The notes below the pieces were generated by a model that worked only from the letters and a program-made list of their open reading frames with translations, was not told the origin of the DNA and did no database searches. Source: Octopus vulgaris (Eukaryota). From it: 64,000 nucleotides of DNA. This document shows positions 42,240 through 56,448 of the stretch, one piece after another. A program made the position numbers and the translations under genes. The stretch is from NCBI GenBank assembly GCA_951406725.2, contig OX597833.1, forward strand, positions 62,930,001 through 62,994,000, in the 5' to 3' direction. Position 1 is the first letter of the stretch; every line of letters begins with the position of its first letter.

Positions 42240-42747
42240 CATATATACATACATATATGCACGTGTGTATAGACCATATATCATTAGTAGTTCTGTGCAG
42301 TAATGTAGGATAAAAGGCGGAGAGAATAAAGCACTCGTTTCTCGCTGTGTTCTATATTCCTGTATTTATCTTTTTGTTTGTGCGACTGTTGAACGATATT
42401 TATTTGGCACCTAAATCTCCGATAACATTCACCGACTTATTTATTACCTGGCTTAGTTGCATTGTGCAAATACGCTCCATCTGTTTTATCACTACAAGAT
42501 GTGTCTGTGTGTGTGAGTGTGTCTATGTCTGTGTGTGCACATATATATATATATGTTCTTTTGCAGACATAGGTATGTATACATGTATCAATATATAAGT
42601 GCTTTATCACATTACATATATACATTTTGCATGCATACATACATGCATACATACAAGTGGATGTATACATATATGTTCATGTTTGAATGTCTGAGTGCAG
42701 ATATCTCTCTTTTCTATCTATCTTTCTATCTATCTCTCTCTTTTCCC

Positions 42748-42823
<76 letters not shown>

Positions 42824-43059
42824 CCTAACGGCAAGCTGCATTCCAGAAGTTTCGAGGCTTTTGCAGGGGAGACATTTGTCAAATTCAAAGAAATACAAAG
42901 CCCTAATCACCTGCAAAGTAGGATCGACCATCTTCAAGGCCCTTGTAGCACTCAAACTATTTCCTTAAGCCTCATGGAAGCCCTCCACAGTCACAGGCTT
43001 CTCCTTCTTCTTCTCCTTCATTTTCAGAAACATTCAAAAGTCAGAGGGAACAATGTCTG

Positions 43060-43326
43060 GACTATTTACATTATTTACATTCGACGAATATTTGTCCTCA
43101 TCTTGTTTGTTGTTAACAAGATCAGGTTATTGGTTTGGATCACCATGCCCATACATCAAATTGTTGTTAACTAAATAACGAAATCAAAGAGAGGTTATCT
43201 TCATTACTTAGAAAAATAACCAGAGATGATGATAAAAAGAGAATCCAACAAGATCTGGAAATGTTGTGTTAACAACAAACAAGATGTGGACAAATATCCG
43301 TCGAATGTAAATAATGTAAATAATGT
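43060..43326. mobile_element. Inverted pair of ~60 bp Penelope-like pLTR ends (family of 26640-26780)
   Basis: 43060-43118 is the near-exact reverse complement of 43267-43326; both match the sequence downstream of the 26702 hammerhead. Confidence 0.7.
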
Positions 43327-43748
43327 CAAAGCTGAGGTAACCAACTGCGGGCTTTACAGAGATGAAGGCTTAGCAAACCACAAAGCATGAATGACCACGC
43401 TAAGAAGAGATTTAAAAACGAGCTAATAAGGATATAGACTAATCGTTTCAGACATAATATCAAATTTGCGCACGGGCAAGTATTATCCTCACAGAAACGA
43501 AACGAGGCAGCAAACACGAACGCAAAAATTCCAACCAACATCAGCCAAGCCGTAATTAAGAATCTGGCTGTCAGAATATGAGGGTGAGTCTGTGATTTAT
43601 CGTTAGACAGTGATTTCTTTACCATGGATTTCATTACTCTGAATGAGACAATTGGGCGCAGCTGTTAGGAGGCTGATTATTTGATACGCCTGGCTGAGCA
43701 TTCGGCCTGTTTTGGTGACAGGACTTTGTGGTGCTAGAGGCATATATA

Positions 43749-43816
<68 letters not shown>

Positions 43817-43972
43817 CACACATACGCATGCATGCATAGATATGTGTGGGTGTATTTCTATTTTTGTTTATGAGAAGAGGAAAACTCTTTATGTCAGATT
43901 TGCTCAATTAATAAATTGTAATGTTACTCTGTTACTCTCTCTCTCTCTCTCCTCCCTCTCTCTCTATCACAT

Positions 43973-44009
<37 letters not shown>

Positions 44010-45318
44010 GTGAGTAATATTACAATTTATTAATTAAGCAGATATGACATAAACAATTTTCCACTTCTCATACACATAAATAGAAATATAGTCACAAATA
44101 AACAAAGCGTGTGAGAGAGAGAAAGAGAGAGAGAAAAAAGGGAGTGACAGGGGGGTGAGGAGAGAGATGAAGAGAGAGGGAGAAGGATGAGAGGTTTTAT
44201 AATTTGTTAATTGAACACGACTGACATAAATAATTTTCCGTTTTCCCATGCACATAAATATGCTCTTTCTGCCCCCCTCTCTCTCTCACACAGTAGGAGG
44301 AGAGCAGGGAGATGACGAAAGAAACATTTAAGCGTCTGTTGTCAAACAAGTCAGCGTCGAATCAACGATGCCAAGTTGTCGGCGCCAAGACGTCTCATAC
44401 CCTTCGTTACTATAACAAAATAGCAGCTTGAAGTGACTTTTGCGAAAGGCCAGTATACAAGGCCTGCACCAGAATCATGAAGAGGAGACTAACGGATTAA
44501 TTCACCACACAACATTATCATATTCATCCATATAACAAGAAATTCTCTGCATTTAGTATATTTTCGACTGATCCTCAAATACATCAAACTCATCAACCCC
44601 AGTAACGTTAATGTCAGCTTCTTGTTATCAAATAACATGGCTTCCCAGATCACACACCTCAGAAGAATACAAACTCGAAGACAGATCCTATCCTTTCTGC
44701 CAACTTGTAACTTTAGAAATCACCGAAACGTCCCACTTAGCAAGCATTGCCCTTTATTGTTGTTATTTACGGAAACATTTGTAACACCATGAGACGATAT
44801 AGAATAAAATTATCTTACACTCACCGTAAATGCAATTAAAAAAAACCTTCCATCATACAATGCGAGTCATTCCAACGCGTGTCATTTCCAAACAAATTTG
44901 CATGAATGAGCGAACGTTTATTTCTACAGTTCCATGAAACTCCGAGTAGCAACTCGGTGAATCCTCAGCCGATACCGAACAAACAAAATACTATTTGAAT
45001 ATTTGTACCGTCAGTATTTATATGTGTACTCATCCATGCGAGTGAACAGGTAGATACGCATGTCTGTATATTTGTATGTATATGTGTGTTTGTGTGTGTT
45101 TGTGTGTGTATTTGTATATAGGTTTATACATGTATGCATGCATGTGTGTGTGTGTGTATATATCACTGGATGTTTGTGTATTTGTGAGTGTTTGAATACA
45201 TGCGTATCCCTGCGGCTCTTTCTGATAATTTCTGCGTATATAGGTCTATATGTGGATAATATATATGCATGATTGTACATATATGTAGGTATTTCTGTGT
45301 CTGACGCTCTTGTGTCTT

Positions 45319-45372
<54 letters not shown>

Positions 45373-45505
45373 TGTTTGTGTTATGTATATGTGGCAGTAT
45401 GTGTCTGGTTATTAATATTTGCGAGTTTCTGTGTGTGCATATGTGTATTCGCATCCCTTAGCATCAATGTCTATGTGAACACACATGTATGTGTGTGCGT
45501 GTGGT

Positions 45506-45570
<65 letters not shown>

Positions 45571-45589
45571 TTATATGCATACGCACACA

Positions 45590-45660
45590 TATATATGTAT
45601 ATGTATTGATATCTATACATACATCTTGGTGTGTGTATATATACATATTTGTATGTGTAC

Positions 45661-45704
<44 letters not shown>

Positions 45705-45910
45705 TTGCATACACACACATATATATATATATGTATATGTATTGATATCTATACATACATCTTGGTGTGTGTATATATATACATATGTGTATGTGTGCGC
45801 TTATATATATATATATATATTTATATGCATACACACACACACACTATGTATATGTATTGATATATATGCATACATCTTGGTGTGTGTATATATACATATG
45901 TGTATGTGTA
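45590..45910. repeat. Three-copy higher-order duplication of a compound microsatellite
   Basis: TATGTATTGATAT(C/A)TAT(A/G)CATACATCTTGGTGTGTGTATATATACATA at ~45600, 45736 and 45852. Confidence 0.8.
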
Positions 45911-46267
45911 TGCACACACACACACACAACATACAAATCAAAGACGATTCTTCCCAAGAATCGGCAGAAAACAATCGCTCCATGCATGTTTCTTATTTAT
46001 AACGCACAAAAGCTCAAGACAGCGCACAGACTTGGCACATTGTCATCGGAAGATTTTCCGAAAATCCTTCCAGACATTCCATTCATTTCCAAAGAAATGT
46101 TGGATGATAACGGACCCCAACTGCGATACACTCATTTACCAAAAATTGGAATTTTCTTCTAATGAATACAAAATCTTTCGTATATTATTATATTGGCTTC
46201 CAGCTTCAGACGAGAAAGTCGGATAGCAACAGACGTTTACTAGACTTCCTATTTCAACATGTGTTCC

Positions 46268-46301
<34 letters not shown>

Positions 46302-46485
46302 ATCGTAGCATGTTCAATAATCCATTATCCGGAATTCCTGGAACCGAAAGTGTTGCAGATTCCGGAGCTTTAAAGATTTCAGATTAATTTTTTTTTTATA
46401 TTTGCATTTATATAATAGGACAGCTTGGGGACGGGACCCGAGTTTAAACAAAACATCCATTTATATTTCGTAATATAGCTCATAT

Positions 46486-46779
46486 GTGGAGGCGCAGTGG
46501 CCCGGTGGTTAGGGCAGCGGACACGCGGTCGTAGGATCGTTTCGATTCCAAGACCGGGCGTTGTGAGTGCTTATTGAGCAAAAACACCTAAAAGCTCCAC
46601 GAGGTTCCGGCAGTGGGTGGTGGCCATCCCTGCTGTACTCTTTCGCCACAACTTTCTCTCACTCTTTCTTCTGTTGGCCTGACGCTTAGCCAGCGGGGTG
46701 GCGTCATTTGAAGGCTAATACAAAGCGAAGCGCATTGTGACTAGTGATGTGTAGCAACATCTGATAGCCTGGTCGGTCA
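46486..46779 (+). mobile_element. tRNA-derived SINE (head H1 + tail T2)
   Basis: First ~185 bp match the reverse complement of 1355-1550; the tail matches 17521-17640. Confidence 0.85.
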
Positions 46780-46788
46780 TATATAAAT

Positions 46789-46965
46789 AGGCGCAGTTAT
46801 TACTGTATGGTAAAAATCTTGCTTCCCAACCACATAATTCCGGGTTCAATCCCACTGCGTGGCACATTGAGCGAATATCTTTATCTTTTGGCTTTTACTT
46901 GCTTCAGTCATTTTGACTGCGACCATGCTTTGAAGAATTTTAGTCGAACGAATCGACCCCAGAAC
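46789..46965. mobile_element. SINE family A fragments: 5' end on plus, 3' end on minus
   Basis: AGGCGCAG...GGTTCAATCCCACTGCGTGGCAC, then TTTTACTTGCTTCAGTCATTTTGACTGCGACCATGCT. Confidence 0.7.
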
Positions 46966-48002
46966 TTAGACTCTAGTACTTATTTTCCGAATTTTGGATA
47001 TTTCTCGGATTCTGGATGTTTTCGGATTTGAGATGTTTTTGCATTTTGGATGTATCCGGGTATTTGGATATTTTTTGGACTTTGGATATTTTTTGGACTT
47101 TGGATGTTTCCGGGTTTGTGATATTTTCCGGATATTAAGATATTTTCGAATTTTGGAAGTTTTCGAATTTTGGAGGTTTTCGAAGTTTAGATGTTTTCGG
47201 ATCTTGAAATTTTGGATGAGTTCTCCACTGTTGTATTAGCAGTAATGATGGTAGTAGTAGGCATTGTCACATAATGCCATTTTAATCCCGAGTAATATTA
47301 ATAATACCTACAAATGAAGGAAGGAAAATAGCTTGTATAAACACACACACAAAGAACTAATAGTAATTGATTTATGTTGTAAGAAAAAATGTCAGAAAAG
47401 AATTTAACGTTTCGTAGTATGACACTTCATCAAAAGCTTGACGAGCTGAAAGCTGTTTCTTCGTAGATACGAACTGAAATCCTTCACTGTGACATACAAA
47501 CATGTTGGATAATGGCCGACTAACATAATGCCGCTGAGTGATATTTCTCAGCAGAAAACATGCTTTCCCTCTCTTTTTCTCCCTCCTACTTTGTATCTTT
47601 CCCTTTTCATTCACTCTTTCTCTTCCCCTTCTCTCTCTCTCTTCTTTTCTCTTGTCCTCATTCTCTCTCCTCTTCTTCCTCTCTTTCTTCCTCTCTCACT
47701 CTCTTTTTCCACTCCTACACTACGTTCAGACACACACACGCATACGCATACGCATACACACACACGCGCGCGCGCGCGCACATCTTCAAAGTCCAGTCAA
47801 ACTGATTGATTAAAAAAAACCTCAAATAAATTACGTTCGATTAACTTAATTAATAATTTCAGACTGATTATTAACTACTAAAAAATAGGTTTATGAAGTC
47901 TCATTTGAGCAATTTCCTAAATAAATAAATAAAAATAAATAAAAAAATAAATAAAGAAAGAAAGAAAGAAAGAAACAAACAAACAAATTATATAAATGAA
48001 GT

Positions 48003-48161
48003 GCATGAATGGTTGTGTGATATGGAATTTGTTTCTCAACGACATGGTTCCGGGTTCAGTCCCTATAGTGGCACCTTGGACAAGAGTCTTCTACTATTGC
48101 CCTGAGTCGACTAAAGTCTTGTGAGTGAATTTGGTGGACACACATACTGAAAGAAACTCGT

Positions 48162-48162
<1 letters not shown>
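48003..48162 (+). mobile_element. SINE family A 5' half, diverged
   Basis: ACATGGTTCCGGGTTCAGTCCC...CTTGTGAGTGAATTTGGT. Confidence 0.75.
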
Positions 48163-48205
<43 letters not shown>

Positions 48206-48588
48206 ATAGCAACAATTAAAATTTTTCCTTTATGGTATTACACTGCACCTAGCTGTTTATAGGTGTAGACATGAATCTGTAGGTACGCGTACGTATGTGT
48301 ATATATGTGAATGTATGTAGGTGTATGTATGTATGAATATAACGCGTGCGTGCGTGTATGTGTATGAGTGTACGAATGAGTGAGTGTGCGTGCGTGAGTG
48401 AGTGCTTGTGTTCGAGTAGAAAGATAAATGGACTTGCTGTCGTAGCCAATATGCTTGTGACCCGCGGTCAAAGATAACAAAAGTAATAAATGAAGATAAT
48501 AATAAAATTAAAATTAGGGAATGGGTTTGTATTTGTATGTATATGTGTGTATGTGTAGGTATGTATAGGTACACATATGTATATATAT

Positions 48589-48638
<50 letters not shown>

Positions 48639-49145
48639 ATATATGGACTTGTGTGTGCATGTGTGTATGTAGATATGTGTGTGTATGTGTGTATGTGTAT
48701 GTGTGTGTATGTATATATTTTTTTGTGTGTATATGTATGTGTGGGCGTGTGTGTATATATACATGTGTGTGTGTATATGTATATGCATATATATGTATAT
48801 ATATATATATATGTATGTATGTGTATATATATATATGTATATATATATGTGTGTGTGTGTATGTATGTGTGTATGTATATGTGTGTGTGTGTGTGTATAT
48901 ATATACATATGTGTATATGTATAAGTGAGAATCTCCTTATTTACCTAAAACTCTATTCTTCTATATATTTTTCTATATATTCTTTTATTTTATTTTATTT
49001 ATTCTTTTATCTAATTTACCACTGCCTCCTTGACCACTCCCCCAAGTATGATATTTTTGCGCTATGCCTACCCCCAAAAAGTCCCCCACCACCACCCCTT
49101 TAAACCTGCCTAAATGTATAAATGCCAATACAATTCTTGTTAACT

Positions 49146-49196
49146 AGCTTCCTGATGATTTCTCTTGAATGAAACAGTTCTAGTCCTGTAGAAGCT
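49146..49196 (+). ncRNA. Type I hammerhead ribozyme motif with closed stem III
   Basis: AGCTTC-CTGATGA-TTTCTCTTGAAT-GAAACAG-TTCTAGTC-CTGT-A-GAAGCT. 6-bp stem I, 4-bp stem III, GUA triplet, weak stem II. Confidence 0.75.
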
Positions 49197-49279
49197 CCTT
49201 CTATATAATAAATTAATTTTACTCTGCTATGTATTGAGTACCTTATTTACTGTGGTTAACCCCGAATCAACCCGGGACC

Positions 49280-49351
<72 letters not shown>

Positions 49352-49736
49352 TATACACACATATATATATATATATAAAATATAGCGTGTCTTGAATGGC
49401 ACAACAATGCAAGGTGGACTATAATAACTCGTTATAATTTAATTATCCATAATCTGATATAATAACAATATTTCGGAATACAAAAATTACTTCTTCAGAT
49501 ATCGCTAGGAGTTGATCGAGTCACTGCAATAATCGATTTTCCATTGGTTACTGAAAATATTTTTTTTCAGAAGTGTCTCTGCAGTGGTCTCATGAAGCTC
49601 CTTCTGGAATTCCTTATGAGAAGTGCATAAGGGCGGCCATGTCTCAAGCCCGTGTGTGTTGGCACATCCGCTGCGCTGCTTTTAAGTTATGTATTATACG
49701 AGGAGTTTGTTTTTCTTTGCATACACACGCACACAC

Positions 49737-49771
<35 letters not shown>

Positions 49772-49779
49772 GGGTGGGG

Positions 49780-49826
<47 letters not shown>

Positions 49827-49865
49827 AACACATGCATATATTTATATAGCTATATGTGCGTGTGT

Positions 49866-50042
49866 TATGGTTTGTGTTTGTCTCCCATCACCGCTTGACA
49901 ACTAGTGTTGCTTTGTCGGTTTGTTTATGTCCCAGTAACCTAGTGGTTCGGCAAAACTGACAGAATAAGTACCACCCTAAAAAACAACACCATAAATAAA
50001 TAAATATGAAGGTCAATTCTTTCGACTAAAACCTTTCAAGGC
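49866..50042 (+). mobile_element. SINE family A 3' half, diverged
   Basis: GCTTGACAAC...TAGTGGTTCGGCAAAA...AGAATAAGTACC. Confidence 0.65.
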
Positions 50043-50631
50043 ACCAGTTGGAGAAAACGGACAGAGCGTCGAACAAAATGCCCAACCGTGTTTGGTCCGT
50101 CTCTCCCCTTGCTGCGTTCTTATTTCACGAAGGTCAACTTTCATTCTTTGACGATCGATAAATAAAGTATCCGGTCAAGAGCCCAGGGTAGAGGATTATC
50201 GGAATTATTAGGGTGTCGGAAGAGATCCCTGCCTTATGATATCTCTTCCGGTCGTTGAGATCGACCTCCTATCTTTGACTTCCTCTTGAAGCATAGTTGG
50301 CCGAAACCCCTTAATAAGAAGACACAGCTAGGCTCGTATATCTCACGGAGTAGGCCCTTGCTTAGAGCAACATCTTGGTGGCATCAATATCAAGAAAACG
50401 AAATAATAAAAATAATAATAATAACGCAGGCGGTTCCCGCAGTGAAGCGAGATGAACGTTATGACAGCTATTGCATGTCATCTAAGATGGCTGACTTGTA
50501 TTAGTTTTGACATTAATTAAACTCAGTCTGATCTCGAGGCTAAGCGGATGAGTTAAGAAGCCGAAGATGTGAGGCGAAATATTCAAGATTTCGGATGGAC
50601 AGTGACACACACACATCGGAGCTAAACAGAG

Positions 50632-50668
<37 letters not shown>

Positions 50669-50722
50669 TGAGAGAGAGAGAGAAATAGAAAAGAAACATC
50701 TTGCGAAAATCAAACTAATACT

Positions 50723-50777
<55 letters not shown>

Positions 50778-50947
50778 GTAGTAGTAGTAGTAGTAATAAT
50801 AATAATGATTGAGTTGATATCAACCGTCTACGTTCTCAGGAAGTTTGTATCCGTCTAATATATACAGGCCTTAAGTCTCTGGTTGTGACCCCGGCCAGAT
50901 GATGAAATAATATGGAAATCAATCGGAAAATAATAATAATAATAATG

Positions 50948-51008
<61 letters not shown>

Positions 51009-51010
<2 letters not shown>

Positions 51011-51484
51011 TTTTGGTATAAAAGATGGGCTACAGCAAATATTCTGCTCAATACCACAGATTTGCTTGTCAGTTGTTTGACCTTAACCTGTTGAGCATGT
51101 CCCTTAGTGGCTGACGATATGTACATCTCTGATCACGAGCAGAAGTAGTGGGGGAGCATCATAGCCATGTGTTGAGAGGGATTCTTTGGGGTTTGAATAG
51201 TTCACCTCTGGAAACATGGGTGGTTCTTTCAACATCTTTAAACAACCCTTATTCAGGGACCGTTTGAGCGGGATGGGCTACTCAACCTGAAGAAAATTCT
51301 AACTGGGTCCCACCTGCAAGGTCATGTGCTGTTTATCTTGATATGAGATCACCATGTCGCGCACATATGGTTGTGATGCATGTGCCTGGTGTACCTTTAT
51401 CAGACGGGTAGTCATGATGGGTATATTGGGCTTCGTATATTTTACCCCGGTGTCACTTTGATGGCATTAACTGCTCTCTCACTC
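51009..51484 (+). mobile_element. Left-truncated copy of the (AAT)n-associated element
   Basis: Near-identical to 21650-22125; (AAT)n on both sides. Confidence 0.9.
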
Positions 51485-51541
<57 letters not shown>

Positions 51542-51565
51542 TATAATAATAATAGTTATAATCGT

Positions 51566-51750
51566 TTCTAATTTTTGGCACAATTCAGTAATTATGGGGG
51601 GACAGAGGGTGGGCGGGTGGGGGTGCTAGCCTATTACGTCGCCCCCCCCCCCCCGCCCCAGTGTTCGATCCGGTACTTATCTCATTGATCGCGAAATGAT
51701 GGACGAAAGGTAAAATCGACCTCTGCGGAATTTGAACTCGCAACGTAGTA
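51566..51750 (-). mobile_element. Old SINE family B fragment
   Basis: AAATCGACCTCTGCGGAATTTGAACTCGCAACGT. Confidence 0.6.
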
Positions 51751-51758
51751 ATGGAAAG

Positions 51759-51792
<34 letters not shown>

Positions 51793-51888
51793 TTACTACT
51801 ACTACTACTACTACTACTACTATTACTACTACTACTACTGCTGCTGCTGCTACTACTGTTAATAATAATAATAATAATAATAATAATG

Positions 51889-51994
<106 letters not shown>

Positions 51995-52441
51995 TTTCTT
52001 TTGTTGGCCACAGGGTTCCAATGGTTTCTTCCTTATTGCTTGCAACAGGGTTTCAAGATGAAGGAGAAATTGCACGGAGGGTTTGCAGTTTGTATTTGGG
52101 AGGCATGGGGTAGGTTACACCAAACCTCAAGAGACGAAAGGGAAAGGAGAAAGAGGAGGAGGAGGAGGAGGAGGAGGGGGAGAGTCGAAGGAAATGAAAA
52201 GAGAGAGTATGCACAGTTGCGGACGGCGGGAGAGGGAGGGTAGGAGGAAGAGAAGAAAAAAGTGAAATTCTGAGAGAGATGGTCTAATTTACCAAGACAA
52301 GTAGAAAGACGAGCGAAAGCAACAAAAACAACGACTCTGTCAACAGAAATAGCAATTAGATGGACTTATTAAATTTATATTAAGCACGCTTTTCAGTTCG
52401 AATGACATTAGGCCTCAGCCGTATATGAGTGTGTTTATATA

Positions 52442-52488
<47 letters not shown>

Positions 52489-52585
52489 ATATAAATATAT
52501 ATAAATACTTATATATATATTAATATATGTATACATATATATGTAAATATATATACTTTATATATATATATATACACATAAATAC

Positions 52586-52642
<57 letters not shown>

Positions 52643-52790
52643 CATGCATATATATATACATACATGCATACATATATATATATATACGTATATACATACA
52701 TATATACATATATATATATATTTATATATATATATGTATACACAGATATATGAATATATATGTTATATTTGTATGTAACGTACATATACA

Positions 52791-52845
<55 letters not shown>

Positions 52846-52865
52846 TTATCTTTCAAACTATATAC

Positions 52866-52900
<35 letters not shown>

Positions 52901-52943
52901 TCTCTGTGTGTGTGTGACTGTGTATCCGTTTGTGTATGTAATG

Positions 52944-52982
<39 letters not shown>

Positions 52983-53288
52983 TGTATGTATTATATTATT
53001 TCTCATCAATTTTTTTTTTTTACACCTAACGCCAAATTCTTTTATATTTTGACTTTAGCTTCGTTTCTCCTTTTCTTTTTCTTTTTTCCCCTGTCTCCCT
53101 TTTATGAAGACCCTCCTCTCGAAAAACGTAATTATACTTGTGAAGAAAGCAACGAACCGTGTGAATTGGTGAAAAACATTCTTCACTTCTTTTTTTATAT
53201 TTTTATGGAATGAAAAGAGTATGTCGTCTTTCATTTCATATAAATATGTGTGTGTTTTGTGTGTATATTTATATACCCATATATATAA

Positions 53289-53399
<111 letters not shown>

Positions 53400-53656
53400 T
53401 ACTCACGTATAAAAACGGATATTTGTATATGTATATATATGGGTGTGTGTGTGTGTGTTATATAAGTGTGTGCACATATATTCATGTGCGAATATTTGCA
53501 TGTATATATATATATATATACAACTACGTGTGTGCGGACACACACGTATATATCTGTCTGTCTAATTAATCGGTTTTCAATTTATCTCTATTTCTGCCTA
53601 TATATGTGTGTGTATACAAATACACAAATATGCACACACACACACACTCACATGGC

Positions 53657-53657
<1 letters not shown>

Positions 53658-53734
<77 letters not shown>

Positions 53735-53838
53735 GATAGATAGATAGATAGGTAGATAGATAGATGGATAGATAGATAGATAGATAGATGGATAGATAGA
53801 TAGATAGATAGATAGATTGATAGATAGAAAGATAGATT

Positions 53839-53881
<43 letters not shown>

Positions 53882-53912
53882 TGATAGATAGATAGATTGA
53901 AAGATAGGTAGA
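53658..53912. repeat. (GATA)n microsatellite
   Basis: Direct reading. Confidence 0.95.
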
Positions 53913-54081
53913 TATGTATATATAGAAACAAACATTTAGATCAAAATGTTTTGGATATATTTGACCAGTACAAAGACCGTATTCGCTGCTGATTGGCTGT
54001 GAAGAACCATTCCCGCGTTAGGCAATAGGTGTTGAAAACCACCAGCAGTCAATTGAAGGCACCCTCTCTCGGCTGAACGGT

Positions 54082-54503
54082 GAAGGTAGCTGGCAGAATC
54101 GTTAGCACGCCGGGCGAAATGCGTAGCCGTATTTCGTCTGCTGTTACGTTCTGAGTTCAAATTCCGCCGAGGTCGACTTTGCCTTTCATCCTTTCGTGGT
54201 CGATTAAATAAGTACCAGTTACGCACTGGGATCGATCTAATCGACTTAGTCCGTTTCTCTGTCCTTGTTTGTCCCCTCTGTGTTTAGCCCCTTGTGGGTA
54301 GTAAAGAAATAGGTATTTCGTCTGCCGTTACGTTCTGAGTTCAAATTCCGCCGAGTTTGACTTTGCCTTTCATCCTTTCGAGGTCGATAAATTAAGTACC
54401 AGTTACGCACTGCGATCTAACTAATCGACTTAATCCGTTTGTCTGTCCTTGTTTGTCTCCTCTATGTTTAGCCCCTTGTGGGTAGTAAAGAAATAGGTAT
54501 TTC
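54082..54503 (+). mobile_element. SINE family B with two tandem body units
   Basis: Head AGCTGGCAGAATCGTTAGCACGCCGGGCGAAATG, then units starting GTATTTCGTCTG at ~54129 and ~54313. Confidence 0.9.
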
Positions 54504-54905
54504 TTGCTGCTTGGCTATAACGAACAACGTGAGAACCAACGGAAAGATATAAGAAAGTTGATGTAGAATGAGATGAGGAAGCAATTGAAAAAATAAAGAA
54601 TTCCCTTTTTTTACTCGGTTTCAGGGTCCTTTCTTTGTCTCTCTCTCTTTTTTTCACTCCCTCTTTGAAACACACAAACACACACGCGTGCGCGCGCATA
54701 CACGTACGCATGTACTACTTGACGTCTGTCTGAAAAGTTCAAGCAAAACAGAGGTTCATTGTTATGAAATAGAAGGAAATTTTCGTGATTATTAGAGCAT
54801 CGTCTAATTGAATCTAATTGTCATTGAATCGTTTAGGTGTGGTAAGCAATGTATGTATGTATGTATGTATGTATGTATGTATGTATGTATGTATGTATGT
54901 ATGTA

Positions 54906-54936
<31 letters not shown>

Positions 54937-55050
54937 TATGTATGTATGTATGAATGTATGTGTGTGTGTATGTATGTATGTATGTGTGTGTGTATGTATG
55001 TATGCATGTATGTATGTGTGTATGTATGTGTGTATGTATGTATGTATGTA

Positions 55051-55091
<41 letters not shown>

Positions 55092-55124
55092 GTATGTATG
55101 TATGTATGTATGGATGGATGTAAT

Positions 55125-55495
55125 TATTCAGTTTTATTTCAAGATTTCTTGGTAAGGGAGAAAGCCGGTTTCGAACCTAGATCTAAGACTTCATTGTAAT
55201 TTCAACTATCATTTTTGCATGTGTGTATGTGTACAGTGCTTGGAGTCTTTTATTGCATATTAAAGATATAGTGTTACGTGTGAAGGTTTTACAAATTTTA
55301 TAGTTCCAGTGATGGCTTGGAGCTGTTGTCTTCGAATTAGACTTCTCTCTCCTGGTTTTGAGAAAGCCTAATTTCTCTAGAGTGTTCCTTACGCAGTATA
55401 CATTGCAATGGCCGATAACCGGACGTATAAATCTGAACTTGTAATCCGAGTAGAGGAAGTGTAGATTTCTCAATAGTCCAGCGTAGGTGTTTTGG
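55125..55495 (-). mobile_element. RLE-type non-LTR retrotransposon 3' remnant inside (TATG)n
   Basis: Minus: NTYAGLLRNLHFLYSDYKFRFIRPVIG...NTLEKLGF / ...KICKTF with frameshifts; homologous to 6520-7133. Confidence 0.6.
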
Positions 55496-55546
55496 ATGTG
55501 TGTATGTATGTATGTATGTATGTATGTATGTATGTATGTATGTATG

Positions 55547-55579
<33 letters not shown>

Positions 55580-55931
55580 GTGTATGTATGTGTGTATGTA
55601 TGAGTGTATGTATGTGTGTATGTTTATGTGCATGTAAGTATATATATGTGTATGTATATATATATGTATGCATGTATATATGCGTGTAGATACATGTATG
55701 TATGTATAATTGTATGTGTGAGTATGTATGTGTGTATGAATATGTATGTGTATATATGTGTGCATGTATGTATGTGGGTATATATATATATATATGTGTG
55801 TGTATCTCTCTTTCTTTTTCTCTCTCTCGTTAAATATATATATATATATACATTTACATATATATATATATATATACACATATGTAGATACATACACACA
55901 CACACACAGACATATATATTATATTTGCATA

Positions 55932-56138
55932 CAGGGTTGGCCAAAAGTCATCTGACAGTAAATCAAAACTATTTAATTCCAAGATTTATTTATGTTTAAC
56001 GACTGAATGAATTTAATAAAAGTATCTAAATATGAAACATCATGAAAATTGTTCAAACTGAAGTCAATACAGAAAAACAGATAGTAGTTATGGAAGTTTG
56101 ATTTACTGTCGGTTGATTTTTGGCCAACCTTGTCCCTG
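55932..56138. mobile_element. Tc1/mariner-type MITE
   Basis: TA|CAGGGTTGGCCAAAAGTCATCTGACAGTAAATCAAA ... TTTGATTTACTGTCGGTTGATTTTTGGCCAACC(TTGTC)CCTG|TA: ~38 bp TIRs with TA duplication. Confidence 0.85.
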
Positions 56139-56448
56139 TATATATATATTTGGTTCCGCTGGGTATGTTGGTTTTGTTTATTTTTGATATGTTCTGAATA
56201 TGTTTCACTGATGAACAAAAGACGTTAATACGTTAATTGCGAAATCACAGGTGATCTGGAACTAAATTCTGTTTTTAAATGTCTTGCTTCGAGATGTAAT
56301 GGTGTCAAGAAGACCCAAAGTTGTCAGGTAACGCTAAATGCTATGGACAGATTATAGTTAAATTGTACAGAGAATGTACAATGGAATATCCTAACGACCA
56401 AAATGAAAGGTATCAGAAAACGATAGCATGCCATAGACAACACATAAC

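Larger units (their letters stand above)
46311..47235 (+). mobile_element. Tigger/pogo-like non-autonomous DNA transposon interrupted by SINEs, with expanded subterminal repeats
   Basis: Left arm TTATCCGGAATTCCTGGAACCGAAAGTGTT...CTTGGGGACGGGACCCGAGTTTAAACA; right arm 46985-47235 is tandem TTCGGATTTTGGA-like units. Family assignment from recalled resemblance only. Confidence 0.55.
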
